Assembly (NCBI RefSeq): GCF_006345805.1
Contig: NC_043006.1
Location: 25,544,001 to 25,608,000, forward strand
DNA from: Octopus sinensis
Taxonomy: Eukaryota
Direction of reading: 5' to 3'
Length of the DNA stretch: 64,000 nt
The notes under the pieces were generated by a model that saw nothing but the letters and a program-made list of their open reading frames with translations, did no database searches and was not told the DNA's origin. A program made the translations under genes and the position numbers. This document shows positions 26,180 through 39,375 of this stretch, piece after piece; position 1 is the first letter of the stretch; each line of letters opens with the position of its first letter.

Positions 26180-26735
26180 AATAATTTTCAAATATTTTTG
26201 AGGAAAATTTTCAAAAAATTTTTTAGAAATTTTTGGGGAAAATTTTCAAAAACTTTTTCAGAAATTTTTGGGAAAAATTTTTAGGATAAATTTTCAAAAA
26301 TTTTTGAGGAAAACTTTCAAATTATTTTTTCAAAAATTTTTTGGGAAAATTATCAAATATTTTAGGCAAAAACTTTGAAAAATTTTTCAAAAAAAGATTG
26401 ACGGAAGTTGCCAGCAATTTTTCAAAAATTTTGGGGGAAATTTTTCAAATATTTTGGGGAAATTTTTCAAAAATATTTGAGGAAAATTATCAATAATTTT
26501 TGGGGAAAATTTTCAAAACTCAAATTTTTGGAGAAAATTTTCAAAAAGTTTTGAGGAAAATTTTCAAAAAACATTTTTAGGATAAATTTTTTTTAATTTG
26601 GGGGAAAATTTTCAATAATTTTTGGGAAAAACTTTCAAAACTTTTTGGGAAAAATTTTCAAACATTTTTGAGGAATTTTTCAAAAATTTTTGAGGAAAAT
26701 TTTAAAATTATTTTTTCAAAAATTTTTTGGGAAAA
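26180..26735. repeat. AT-rich minisatellite, ~20-24-bp unit (GGAAAATTTTCAAAAATTTTTG-like)
   Basis: About 25 degenerate tandem units of alternating A- and T-tracts. Confidence 0.9.
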
Positions 26736-26744
26736 AATAAGTTA

Positions 26745-28290
26745 GGAAACACAAGATGCAAACCTTCCCTTGAGTAAAGATATTTCGTCAAAGTAAAAAG
26801 ATTTGGGACAGTAATCAAAGAGTTGAAACAGTGTATCATAGCAGTAGCAGGCAAGCTCTCCAGATACCAGAAAAGAATGGATCAGTATCAACAGAATAGA
26901 TTATTTGAGACAGACCAGAGGAGATTTTATAACCAAATAAATAGTGGAGAACAAAGTACTGAAGATGAGAAACCTAATGCATAAGAAGCTAGAAAGTTCT
27001 GGAGTAATATTTGGGATAAATCTGTCAGTCATAATGGAGATGCTGTATGGTTAAAGAAAGTGAGAAGCAGTCGGATCTAAGATTAACTAGTTGCATTAAT
27101 GAGTAAAGTGTTAGGAAAAATGCCAAATTGGAAGGGCCCAGGACCAGATTTAGTTTGAGGGTACTGGCTAAAGAAATTTAGTAGTTTACATGGGAAACAG
27201 GGAACAACTTCAAGATTGCCTTAATAGAGGAATAATACCAGATTGGATGACTAGAGGGAGGAAAATACTTATCATAAAAGATAAGAGCAAGGGTAATACA
27301 GCTAGCAACTATAGACCAATCACTTGCTAACCATTAGTGTGGAAGCTGTTAACAGGAATACTTTCAGAAAGCATTTACAAGCACCTTGGCAACCAGAATT
27401 TACTGCCAGAAGAACAGTAAGACTAGAGGAACGCATGATCTATTATACATAGATAAAGCAGTTCTAAATGAAGTAAAAGCTAGAAAGAAAAATCTAACAA
27501 TAGCATGAATAGATTATAGGAAAGCCTATGACATGATCCAACACTCATGGATAAATGAAAGTTTGAGTATATTCATTATAGCAGATAACATAAGAGAATT
27601 AATTAGCTGTAGCATAAAGAAACAGAAAGTAGATCTCTACTCAGGTAATACACTTTTAGGGAAAGTTAATAACAAAAGAAGAATTTTCCAGGGGGACTCG
27701 TCCCCATTAATACTTATCTTATGTTTGATCCTCCTAAGTTTAGTATTAAGGAAGGCAAAAGCAGGGCATCAGTTCAGAAATAGTAAGGGAAAAATTAACC
27801 ATTTGCTCTACATGGATGATCTGAAGCTTTTTAGTAAGAATGAAAAGAGATTCTTTAATACAGATGTAAGACTCTTCAGCAAAGATGTAAGCATGGAATT
27901 TGACATAGATAAGTATGCAATATAATTCATGAGAAGGGGACAGGTAGTCAACAGCGAAGGCATCCAATTACCAGATGGCCAGAATCTAGTGAAGGTTGTA
28001 AATACTTGGGCAATATCATTATTTAGATACTTGGCAGCTTTTGTAGATTGGATAAAAACTGAATTAGCAAAGCTAGACAAAAACTAGGAAGGAATTCAAT
28101 ACAAATGGAGGTTTCTGCCCAAAGGTAGGAGTAGCAAGATTATACCTGCTTAGAAAGGAAGGTGGAAGAGGGTCAATATCAGCAGAAGACTGCATGGAGT
28201 TAGTTATGTAGGTAATAGTGAAGAAAGTTTATTAAAAGCTGCAAGAATCACACCAAGACACAGGGAAACCAAAAACACAAAAAACGAACA
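26745..28290 (+). mobile_element. R4/Dong-clade non-LTR retrotransposon RT region, decayed
   Basis: QQNRLFETDQRRFYNQ, PGPDLV*GYWLKK, SNYRPITC, IDYRKAYDMIQHSW, IFQGDSSP, NHLLYMDDLKLF. Confidence 0.85.
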
Positions 28291-28299
28291 GAAATTATC

Positions 28300-30275
28300 T
28301 GACCTACAGGAGGAAGCCACCCCGCAATCGTCTAGTGACACACTAATTTCCTGCACATCAAGAAGAGTCCTCTCCTACTGACATTGGTACCCTGCTTCAG
28401 GATCTCATTCACCCTACGAAACATCAACACACCTGTTCTGTCTCTCTGAAGCTTAAGCCCCAGTGCAGCTCCTCCAGCCATTAACTCTGGTGACTTTGCA
28501 ATCAGCCTGAATTCCTTCAGATGTCTCACAACCTCTGAGGCAGGCACTTGTCTCATCCACTAAGATGTCATCTATATAGGAATTGGTGGCCCTTCTTATC
28601 CTATCCACCTTTCCCAGGATGAATTTGAGCATTGCTACCATGGTTTTCAGTGCAGAATTCAGCCCGAAACCCAACCTTGTCAGATAATATGTCTGGCTCT
28701 TATATCGCACCAGCTGGTACTGCTAGTTTGTCGTTCACATGGAGCTGCGAATATACTGATTTCAAGTCGATGATTGTCGCTACCTTAGTTGACTGTCTCC
28801 ATATGCGCAGCATCTCATCAAAGGCATCAGTTACCTCACCACTTGTGTGGCATGGTACATGGCCAATCATCTCCCAAAAGTCCAGTACCGGTTTGACTTT
28901 GCACTCTGCTCACCACCTCCTCCTTCCTCAAGATAAGGATACCTTCCTTAATCCACTTCTCTACCTCTTCTTCAAACTTGCTCCTAACGTGTCCTTTCAG
29001 GGTATGCTGGTAGCAGCTCACCCTGTTCTTTAGTGTCAGGGGTTCCTCTTTCCAGCGCCACTCTTTCATTCACCACTAGCCATTGAACGCCACCTGAAAA
29101 TCTTTGTCTTCAATGGTGTAGGCAGTGCAGCTCCTCACAGAGCTCTGCCCCCGCTCACATTCCTGACTCATAGCGCACAACACCCCCACAGCACCAAACA
29201 AAACCACATCTCCTCCACACTGACCCCTCCAAGGCAGTTGATTGCATCCATCCCCATTACCATGTCAATCTCATCTACCACATGGCTGATCACAGCCATG
29301 TGGTAGATGGGATTGTGCCTCGCACCACTATCTCCACATCGCTGCTACCCTTTCATTTGATTTTCTGCCATCAACCGCCTGAACACTACTCATCCCCTTC
29401 CATTTTTTTGTCACCTTTGGGGTCACGTGAGTCATCATGCAGCCTGTCTCTACGAGGGCCTTGAATGTGTTTTCCCTGACCATGACCTCAACTATGGGCA
29501 GCAACTTCATCATCACCTCTACTCATTTGCAGGGGAAGTTTGCAAGGCAACAACTTCCCCGTGGCCTTTTTCCAGGTCACAATTTTGGACGATATGCCCA
29601 GTCTGTTTGCACCAGTAGCAAATTGGTCTGGGCTCTGCACAGTCCCTTGCCATGTGCTGTCCCTGGCACTTAAAACACCAGCCTGTGAAAGGCCGCTGTC
29701 ATTCCACAGCAGGCCTCTTTTTGTCTTTCACCGGCCATCATGGGCTTCTGCAGTCGCCATCACCACTGCCTTCTGCTCAGAGTTTTGTATCAACATGCGG
29801 GCTGGAATGATGAGCTCGCTCATTGCCATTTTGTTACTGCCTGGCAATTGTTGCAGCTGCACCGACACATTGTTGGGAAAGCCATTCACAAAAGCCAGTC
29901 ATGCTGCCTTCTCCAGCCTCCCTCTGATAAAACCAGACAGCATAGCCAGCCTCTGTACCTCTGCAGCATATTCATCAACCTGTTCTACTGTCCACCTGAC
30001 CATTCCCAGCTTAGCATAAGCAGTGTACTCTCCCTCTGTGTAAGCCTCTCTCAAGTGCTGCTTGATCTTTGCCACACTCAGTTGATCTTCATCCATTTCG
30101 AGGAACAGTGCCAGCACACTCCCTTCCAAATGAGGCTTGCTACATCGTCGATGCCATGTAGCCTGGTCACAACTTCGACCTTTCGAATTCAGGCTACTAC
30201 GTCTCCTTTGCCATAGAAAGGTCTGATGACATCACTGCTGATCCTTGTCTTCACTGCCATTGTATATTAAGGGGA
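28300..30275 (-). mobile_element. Truncated LTR-retrotransposon internal region (gag-PR-RT), same family as 43430-47382
   Basis: Gag MAVKTRISSDVIRPFYGKGDVVA...VRWTVEQVDEY, protease KALVETGC, RT YYLTRLGFGLNSA...NSYIDDILV; no LTR seen. Confidence 0.85.
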
Positions 30276-32399
30276 CAACGTCTGTATATGATTACTGAAA
30301 TAGCTTGTGTGTGGGAAATGAAAAGAGGTTCACCTACCTTCCTCTCTCGTCTTTGCCTGTCTAGCAGTAATCTCTCTGGTGATCCTACCCTACTCCTGTC
30401 ACCCAGTATAAGCAGCTGCTATCTGACCAACTCAGGAGTGAATACCCTGATGTCTGTTCATGATGCCTCTGGCAAGCAAGAACAGGCCGACCCTCACCAC
30501 TCTTGCACTTCCTCTTCTGGTCAGTCCCTTGACCATTGATGTCATAACCCTCTTCTTCCGGCTCATCCGCACACTATCCATCTGCCTTGTCATCTCAGCT
30601 ACATCCTAAAGCTCTCTGGGTGGTAGTTGCATGTGTGGATTTTTAGGTCTATCGATGGGCTCAGAAAGGAACATGCCAAAAGTTGATATTGGTCACTGAA
30701 GCCTATTCCACATGAAGCCGTGACTTGCCAGATTTTGCTGATCACATGGGCAATATTCTTTCCAGGCAAAGTCACAATTGGTCAGATTAGCTGATATGGG
30801 CAACATTCCAGCAAATCATGACATTGGGTGATAGCTGAATATTCTACTACAGGTGTTGTGTAGAATGTGTTGTGTGAGTTGTGCCATTCTTTGATTATCA
30901 TATTTGGACAGTTTGTCTCAGTCTCCTTGACAGGCATCTCCTGGATAATTATGGCCATGTACCATGTACATGTTTGGACGAAATATTGTTCCTAGTTTTA
31001 ACCATCATATCAGGTAATATAGTCCTCAGGTTTAAATAATCTATTATATAGATGATACTGAATTTAAGAAATTTGGTTATTACAATTAAGGGGCCAAGAG
31101 ACTATGTAGAAGTTCTATGTTGGCTTCTTTTCAACTGTTCAACCATTCTTTAGACTGAGGTCACATATACTATTCACTTATATATATATATATAAAAATA
31201 AGTGAAACGGTATTATTCTCAGAGTCACTTAACATACGTATTATTGTATAATATGCCTAACATATTGAGGGTAAAGTACATCTATTTATATGCGAAGCTC
31301 GAGCAATCTTAAAAACACAAACAAAACAATACACACGAGGCTAGAAAAGAATTTCAGTCCTATCTATCCCTATTTACTAGTCTCTGGTTGCGCACAGAGA
31401 AATAATCTGCTAACGGTTATAGAGCTGATGTATTTAATGTTGAATTGATGTTTTTTCTTCCGCTCATGATTGTGTTTTCTTCGGTTTTGGATTTCGATTT
31501 TAATATGGAATATTTATGAAATTAAGTTGTAGAATAGTTCAATAAATTTAAAACATGGACAATAAAAAAAAAATTACTTTAGATAGTTAGCATACCCTTA
31601 CGGAGAGAAATCAAGTTTAATAACAAAAATAAGACAACTTTATTTTGTTGAAATGCCAAAGCAAGCAAAAAGAATTTTTTTTGTATCATTCTCTTAGACT
31701 AGGAGTTTTAGATATTATATTACTTGTGGAGTGAAAACACTTGTATCTTTGCAAAGATTCTTCTTTGTTCACTCACCTATACACGTACGCTTGCCCAGCG
31801 ATATCAGAGAGTAAGAAGAAACTGAAGGATCGCTCAAGTCTGTACCATGTTTACAGGTGTATACTAACAGAAAACTGCGTCGGAATTTGGATGCGTATCT
31901 ATATATGTATTAGCCAATGTCTCACTAGAATGCTTCTACTTTTGTTATCTACGTCACAAATAAACAATCTTGAGGTATGCCCCAGAACTCATAATTTTTG
32001 CGTTAGTTTTGTTTGTGCTCTTCTATAGTTTATACCATCGGTTTTATGAGAAAAAAAAACTATATGCAAACACTGAGTTATTAAAAAAAGGCCAGGTAAT
32101 TATCTCATTAATATAACGTATCAATAGATTTTTATTTTGTCAATTGTAACTTTTCAGTATTTTTTCGTTACGCATGCATCGACAGTTGAATGTGTTAGTG
32201 TGTGAATTTATATATAAAAAAGAAACTTTATTTTTTAAAAAATGCTTAATTCATGAATGAGTAGCAAAAGTGAAGAGAGAATCTATTCTAAAAAGTTCGC
32301 CTAGCTTGGAATATGTAAATATGCATTGATTTCGTTGTTAAGACAAAATACCACAAATACTGGACTGGGAAATGAAACATAAACGAATTTAATTGATAT

Positions 32400-35300
32400 C
32401 GACTGTGGAATGAAATGCTTTTGAGAACTCATTGTAATAGCTGATTTGTTGGTCTTGTTGAATTGCTATTAATTTTCATATCTTTTTTGTTTGAAGTTTT
32501 GGCATACCTACACAAGTGGGCCCCACTTCCGACTTATTCTCATAACTCTGAAAAGTGGATATTTTGTAACGAAATTTTCTACAAATACCTTTCAGATAGT
32601 GTAGATTATATCGAAATTTAATGAAAGGTAAAAAAAAAAAGATAAAAAGAAAAGAAAATGAGTACGCGCGCATACTTACTGATCAGATATCTACAAAATG
32701 AAACTTGAAATTTTGAAAAAAGAATTGTGTTTGTGTTCATCAATTTTTTAAACATTAAATTCCGATATAATTGTAATCAACGCCAGCTGAAAGGTATTAT
32801 AGAAAATTCCATTAAAAAATACCAACTTTTAAGAAAGGTACGAGAAAATGAAGTCAACTCGTATGAATTATCTGAAAGTTCCCTCGCTCCAAAAACATTT
32901 TTTACATCAGATTCTGATTGAAATGTATTTATAGAAAATTCATTAAAAAAGAAAAAAAACCCATTTTTCTGAAAGTTATGAAGAAACAAAATCGGTTGGA
33001 TAAGCATTTCTGAATGTATGCGCAATTTTTAAAGATTATTTAAACCGGATGCTTAGTGAAGTTTATTAAAATAAAATAAAAATTTACTGGTTATAGAATT
33101 TTATTTTGATACTACTATTATACTTTTCCCTCATTATATTTCATGTACACAAACATGCAAGCACGCAAAAGAGACTTCTCCTACCCATATGCGTACGAGC
33201 GTTTTCAAAGCTGTGTGTGTTTGTGTGTATGATGGATTGGAAAATGTCCAAGGTGTATTTAGTTATGACCGTTTTAGTTTTGAGTTCAAATCCTACTGAG
33301 GTCAACTTTACATTTCATACTTTTAGAGTCGACTAAGTACGATTCAAGTCCGAGACCGATTCCTATTATGTAACGTGTACAGGTACATGGAATTATAATT
33401 GAAGGTAACGCATACTTTTTAGTGTATGGATGTCAAGTAACAAAATTTGACTTTCACTTTGGTTTATTAAAAAGCTGTCGAATTGGCCATGCATTTTAAC
33501 TAATATTAATGTCTATCTTTTGGTATTAGTAGACTATATCATTCACCCACACAATGTTCCCGCATGACATTGATTAAGAGGCAAGGCCGAAAAAGAGGGG
33601 ACGATTTTTCGTCGATAGTATATCAACACTGAAACTTTTTCCGTAAAAAAAATTATTTCTTTAATTTTTCTGTTAAAGTTTACTTTAACTCCTGGTCAAC
33701 AAAACAAAACAAAACCCTTTGGTGCACAGTCACCCCCCCCCAACTGACCTTTCCGCTTTCTTTTTTTTTTTTCATCGGATTCCCATGTTTGCGATGACGG
33801 AGATTCCGAATTGCAAAAACCACGTTTTCAAAATTTTTAATCCCCCGCTCCGATTTTTAACTTTTTTCGACCCCCACCCCCCGATATGGAAATGAACTTG
33901 CGCAATGTTACACCTTTGAATTTCTTTTGGTGAATTTTTACCACTTTGCTATCATATATGTGGAGACTTGCAAGCATAGCAAATAAAGACAACTTATTTT
34001 AACAGAAATTTTATGAGTTACATTTCCGTAAATGTTTTTTCTAGCGCACTCCACCCACATATACGCACGCGGATACACATGGATTAAGTCCCATTTTAGA
34101 AGTATGTTTAAGTTTTTATTGTTTTGGAATGAAGAACATAAACATAGGTGCTGAGCCAGTGACTAAACTTGTAGTATTTTGTTGGGATTAATCCAATGAA
34201 TTGACAGCAAAATAATTGCTTCTATCAGAATCGTTTACTTTTAATGCGAAAAAACAAAACCGACGTATACGAAAGGTATGTAAAATATATTTTGTGTACT
34301 TTTTTCTCTTTTCATTCGGATAAGCTGTAGAAATTGTTTCTTGCGCACAAAAATTCTCCAGACATTTAGCTGTTATTTTTAGCATATTGAGTTTTGTGGT
34401 AAGGGCTTCACATGCTGCGGTCCTTTTGTTGTTTCACTAAGAATCTACGCATGTGGAAACTGACAAAACAGCTGTTCATTTTCACTTTTTGTCAGCGCGA
34501 TGGGGCGCGGATTAATTTTGGAGTTTTTCATTAAAAATTTGAAATTGATTTTTTTTTTTTCATACTTTTAATCTCCATATTTTTCCACGTGGATTGAAAA
34601 AGAAAATTTCGAAAAAAAAAGTTTAAAATCAAAAATTGGGGCGGGAGATAAAAAATTTTGAAAACGTGGTTTTTTGAATATTTGGAATCTCCATCATTGA
34701 AAACATCCGGTGGAAGGAAAAAAAAAATCAGAAAGGTCAGTTTGGGAGGAGGGAGTGACTGTGCGCCAGGTCCGCCGCCAAACCTTTTAACCTTTTCAGT
34801 TAACGTTTACTTCAACTCCCGGTCATCAAAAAAAAAAAGACTGGGTTAATGAAATTTTCTAGAAATACCTTTCAAAGGGCATAGGTTACGATTATGAAAA
34901 AATTTGGGTCAATATAGAGACCCATTAACATGAAAAGAAACCCCTAGCCTACCAGGTTTAAAAAAATTGTTAGGAAAATGAACATGAAAAAAATTTGCGC
35001 AAACGAACGGTGGGTGGGAAAGGACTTTCGGAAAATTCACAAGATCCAATTTTCCCTCATCACTTTAAAGAATATGGGTATATATTTCGATGAAATTTAA
35101 CAGAAATATTGTTCAAATGACACAAATTATGATTATAAAAGAATTGTGGGGAAAACAAATATGGAAACAAAAATTTGTGCAAACATACATGTACATACCT
35201 TCATCCTTGTTGGTAATTATTTGATGGCAACGATTCGAGAGAGGAAGGTATAACTTGGTAGTCTCTCTTCCCATCCATTTGGAAAACATTTTCCCCACAA

Positions 35301-37560
35301 ATTTCTTTACAGTCGTAATCTATGCTGTTTGAAAGGTGTTTCTGTAAAATTTCATTAAAAGATATCCATTTTCCTGAAAGTTATGAGGGGAAAATCGGAT
35401 CTTGTGAATTTTCCGACAGTCCTCTCCTCACCCCGTCCCCGTTCGTTTGTGCCAAATTTTGTTTTCACATTCGTTTTCTACACATTTTTTTACATTTATT
35501 AAACTTCTGTTTTCGTTTTGGTGACCGGGCACTAAACTAGATCCTGAAAGTTATGAGGGAAAACAACATCGTGTGAACTTTCCGATAGTCCTCTCTCCAA
35601 ACCTTCGGAAAAACATTTTCCCCACAAATTTCTTTATAATCGTAATCTACGTTGTTTGAGAGGAGTTTCTGAAAAAATTCATTAAAAGAAAGATACCCAT
35701 TTTACTAAAAGTTATGAGGGGCAAAAAAACGGATTGTGTGAATTTTCCAAGAAATTTCTTTATAATCGTACTTTGTGCCATTTGAATAGTTTTTCTATAA
35801 AATTTCATCTATATATATATATATAAGCACCAACCGATCGTGGCCGTTTGCCAGCCTGCGCTGGCGGCACGTAAAAAGCACCCACTACACTCACAGAGTG
35901 GTTGGCGTTAGGAAGGGCATCCAGCTGTAGAAACACTGCCAGATAAGACTGCCAAATCAAACTGGAGCCTGGTGCAGCCTCTATGTCTTACCAAACCCTG
36001 GTCAAACCGTCCAACCCATGCTAGCATGGAAAACGGACATTAAATGATGATGATGATGATATATCCATTTTCCTGAAAGTTAGGGAAGAATCGAATCTTG
36101 TGAATTTTCCGAAAGTCCTCTTCCCACTCACCCCGTTTGTTTGCGCATATTTTTTTTTACATTCATTTTCTACCCATTTTTTAACACTTAGTAGGTCGGG
36201 TTTTTTTTTTCCATTTTCATTAACGGGTCTTAAACTGTATATTGACCGAAATTTGCAGGGAAAATCTTTTTCCGAAGGAGTGAGGAGAGGTTTTGGGAAA
36301 ATTAACATGATCCGATTTTTTCTCTCCTAACTTTCAGGAAAATGGGTATCTTTTAATAAAACTTTTCAGATGGCATAGATTACAATTATAAAGAAAATTG
36401 TAGGGGAAAAGTTTTTCCAAGAGGGTGGGGAGAAAGGTTTTGGATCAAGAAGACCACATAAGTTGGAATTTCTCCGTTTTGACTGGGATTTTTCCAATTG
36501 CTTTTCACTACAGCCTTCAAAATAATGGGGAGCATCTTTTTATGAAAAAACAGTTTGAAAAATTTATGATTTTTTTTTACTCTCCTCCCCATTTAATGAT
36601 GATACCAATGGGCCTCAGGCATGCTCCATTGGTGGGATATCAGCATCAACAAAAGAATGATAATTTAAATTTTTACCCTCACCTTAATTAAGTGAGGCCA
36701 TGTGTATGTAAGAAAAAAACATATTCTAACAGAAAAGTATGCTATTTAAAATTAATTTTCGTTTACATACCTATTTTTAAAAAAATCACTGTGGATAAAA
36801 TGCCAGAAATGACCTCAGGCTCTCCAATATCTTAAATTATAAACAGAAACAACCAGGGGTGAAAAGTATGATCGAAAAACTCATAAATTCTCCAATTTTT
36901 TTTTTATAGTATAAATGTGTTTATGGGGAGAAAAATATTGAAAAACATCAATAAATGCAAGAGTGAGAAAGAAATGAGTAAGGTTGTCTTGGGATGTGCT
37001 AGAAACGGCAGCCAAATCGCTCTTAAATCATACTTTTACCTCTGAAAATATTTACTATTTTTTTTTTTCAACAAATAGGCTCCTCCCATAGCTTTTAAGT
37101 GCAAAATATTGGCCAGAATCGATCTGGGGGTGAGATGCAGGGAGTAAAAAAAATGAACTTATGTGGTTTTCCAGATCCGAAACTCTGTTTTTTTCTAAAC
37201 TTTTCTCCCTACCCGCTAGAAAAAAATTTTCCTCACAAATTTCTTTATGATCATAATCTATGCCATTTGAAAGGTATTTGTATACAGTTTCATTAAAAGA
37301 TACCCATTTTCCTGAAAGTTAGGAGGGGGAAAATCAGATCGTGTGAATTTTTCCCAAATCCTCTACCCACCCCTTTGGAAAACATTTTCCCCACAAATTT
37401 CTTTATAATCGTAATCTATGTCGGTTGAAAGGTGTTTCTATAAAATTTCTTTAATATATATTCATTTTCCTTTGCGCAAATTTTTGTTTTCATATTCGTT
37501 TTCTATACATTTTTTTTTACACCTGTTAAACTTTTTTTTCCTTGGTGACCGGTAGATAAA
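32400..37560. repeat. Mosaic of a ~150-bp repeat family in direct and inverted arrays
   Basis: Recurrent unit AAACATTTTCCCCACAAATTTCTTTATAATCGTAATCTATG...CCATTTTCCTGAAAGTTATGAGG...GTGAATTTTCCG on + (35281, 35610, 37220, 37380) and - (35040-35160, 36330-36420, 34850). Confidence 0.8.
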
Positions 37561-37689
37561 GTAAAACATTAACCAATTTTTCTTTTTGGTTGAATCATTC
37601 TTTCATTCTTTTCCAGATGAATAGCTTTTTTGTATATATGTTTATGTGCATGAATATATATTTGTGTATAAATGTGTATGTATATTTGT

Positions 37690-37827
37690 GTAAGTATGTA
37701 TTTATGTGTATGTAAAATTTGAATGAAATTGGTTGTGTAGTTCTCAAGTTTTAGGGATTCACACAGACACACACACAGAGACAGACAGACATACACACAC
37801 ACACATTCTCATCTTTATATATATAGA
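37690..37827 (-). mobile_element. Helitron-like 5' end
   Basis: Minus strand A|TCTATATATATAAAGATGAGAATGTGTGTG...CTGTCTGTC...AACTACACAACCAATTTCATTCAAATTTT. Confidence 0.6.
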
Positions 37828-37888
37828 TACACGCCTATAAAAAAATTTAAAATATGGTAAAAACCCTTAATAAGAAAGTATAAAGCTT

Positions 37889-38307
37889 GGATCTTTTCGG
37901 TTTGAATGGCAGTTTTTTAAGGCGGTGTCATATGAAATTGTCACCAATAATTATGACCCTAGTATCAATCTATTGCATTTCAATCTGTTTTAGGGTTAGT
38001 TAGGGGTGGGGGTGGGGGAAGGGATCTTTTTTTCTTCACAAATGTAAATAAACCCAATCTGTTTCTTAAACGAGGGACATATTCATACGGCACAGAATGT
38101 TTTCACCTCAATAGACGGTCATTGATTGGTTGAAATTGCAGAAATTGAAGAAAAAAAACAACAAATATCTTACAAACCATAGAATTTCCTCAATAAAGCC
38201 AAGAGAAAAAGATGTTTTATAAACACATTCTACCAGTATACGAAGTTTAAAATTTTTTAGTTACCTAGAAATCATGTTAAAAACTGCCGTTCAAACCGAA
38301 AAGATCC
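37889..38307. mobile_element. MITE with ~29-bp TIRs and 8-bp TSD (Merlin/hAT-like)
   Basis: GGATCTTTTCGGTTTGAATGGCAGTTTTT...AAAAACTGCCGTTCAAACCGAAAAGATCC; TSD TAAAGCTT at 37881 and 38308. Confidence 0.9.
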
Positions 38308-38589
38308 TAAAGCTTTAACTCGGTTGTATTTCTAACAACAATAATAATAAGATTTGGAGAACTTTGCTGAACTGTGGTTAACATGCAATTTGGTAAAATA
38401 AAAAAAAGTGAAAGTAAATTGCTTGTGACATTTCGTAATTTCACGTAAACAATGCATATAACTAAACAATGTATGGAACATATATTTATATTTGATATTA
38501 AGATAAAAGTAATCACATTTACTGGAAAATATAACAGTCATTGATGCATGAATTGAGACTCATGAATAATTTTTCCTGTTCTCTAGATT

Positions 38590-39365
38590 TGTTTTGGCTA
38601 TAATTTTTAACACCTGCTCTGCTACCTCCTTTATGGATAGAGCGTGAAGGCGCATGGCTCAGTGGTTAGAGCGTCGAGCTTACGATCGTGAGGTTGTGAG
38701 CTCGAATCCCGGACCGGGCTGCGTGTTGTGTTCTTGAGCAAGGCACTTTATTTCACGTTGCTCCAGTTCACTCAGCTGTAGAAATGAGTTGCGATGTCAC
38801 TGGTGCCAAGCTGTATCGACCTTTGTCTTTCCCTTGGATAACACTGGTGGCGTGGAGAGGGGAGGCTGGTATGCATGGGCGACTGCTGGTCTTCCATAAA
38901 CAACCTTGCCCGGACTTGTGTCTAGGAGGGTAACTTTCTAGGTGCAATCCCATGGTCATTCATGACCGAAGGGGGTCTTTTTATGGATAGAGCATATTCC
39001 TTCTTTTCGTTTGTCTGGAAGATTACCACTTGCAAGAAAGTTCCAAAAAAGAAGCTGCAGTGGTTTTGCAAGGGCTTGTTTGCATGATGTGAGAAGGGCC
39101 AGCAGCTGAGTTTGTGTCCACCTCATCTACGGCTAGTGTTGATGTAATCAGTTTTCACTTCTTTGGTTACAGCTAAAATGGCAAAGAATTCTGCTGGTTT
39201 ATTCAATTGCTTGTATTCCAGAGGTGTAGTGAACACCCTTTGGAACTTTTCGTTTCATATCTCACTTATCCTCATTGGGTTTCTTGTGAGAGAGTTATCT
39301 TTTTGGAAGAGGGGCCCTATCTTGTGGTGTACTGAGGCTGTTTCTTTGCCAAAGTTAAAAAAGCT
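38590..39365 (-). mobile_element. CR1/Jockey-group LINE fragment (linker and start of RT), interrupted by a SINE
   Basis: The minus strand reads ...SGNLPDKRKEGICSIHKGGSRAGVKNYS across the SINE insertion. Confidence 0.65.
38644..38979 (+). mobile_element. tRNA-derived SINE family D with CORE-like central domain
   Basis: GGCGCATGGCTCAGTGGTTAGAGCG...GCTCGAATCCC head; CTTGAGCAAGGCACTT...CAGCTGTAGAAATGAG; 14-bp TSD TTTATGGATAGAGC. Confidence 0.9.
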
Positions 39366-39375
39366 TTAGGGTTTA

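Noticed and set aside
30340-30960. Possible minus-strand exon or piggyBac-like Cys-rich remnant
   Set aside because: All frames contain stops and I could not recognise a convincing motif, so it is left unassigned.
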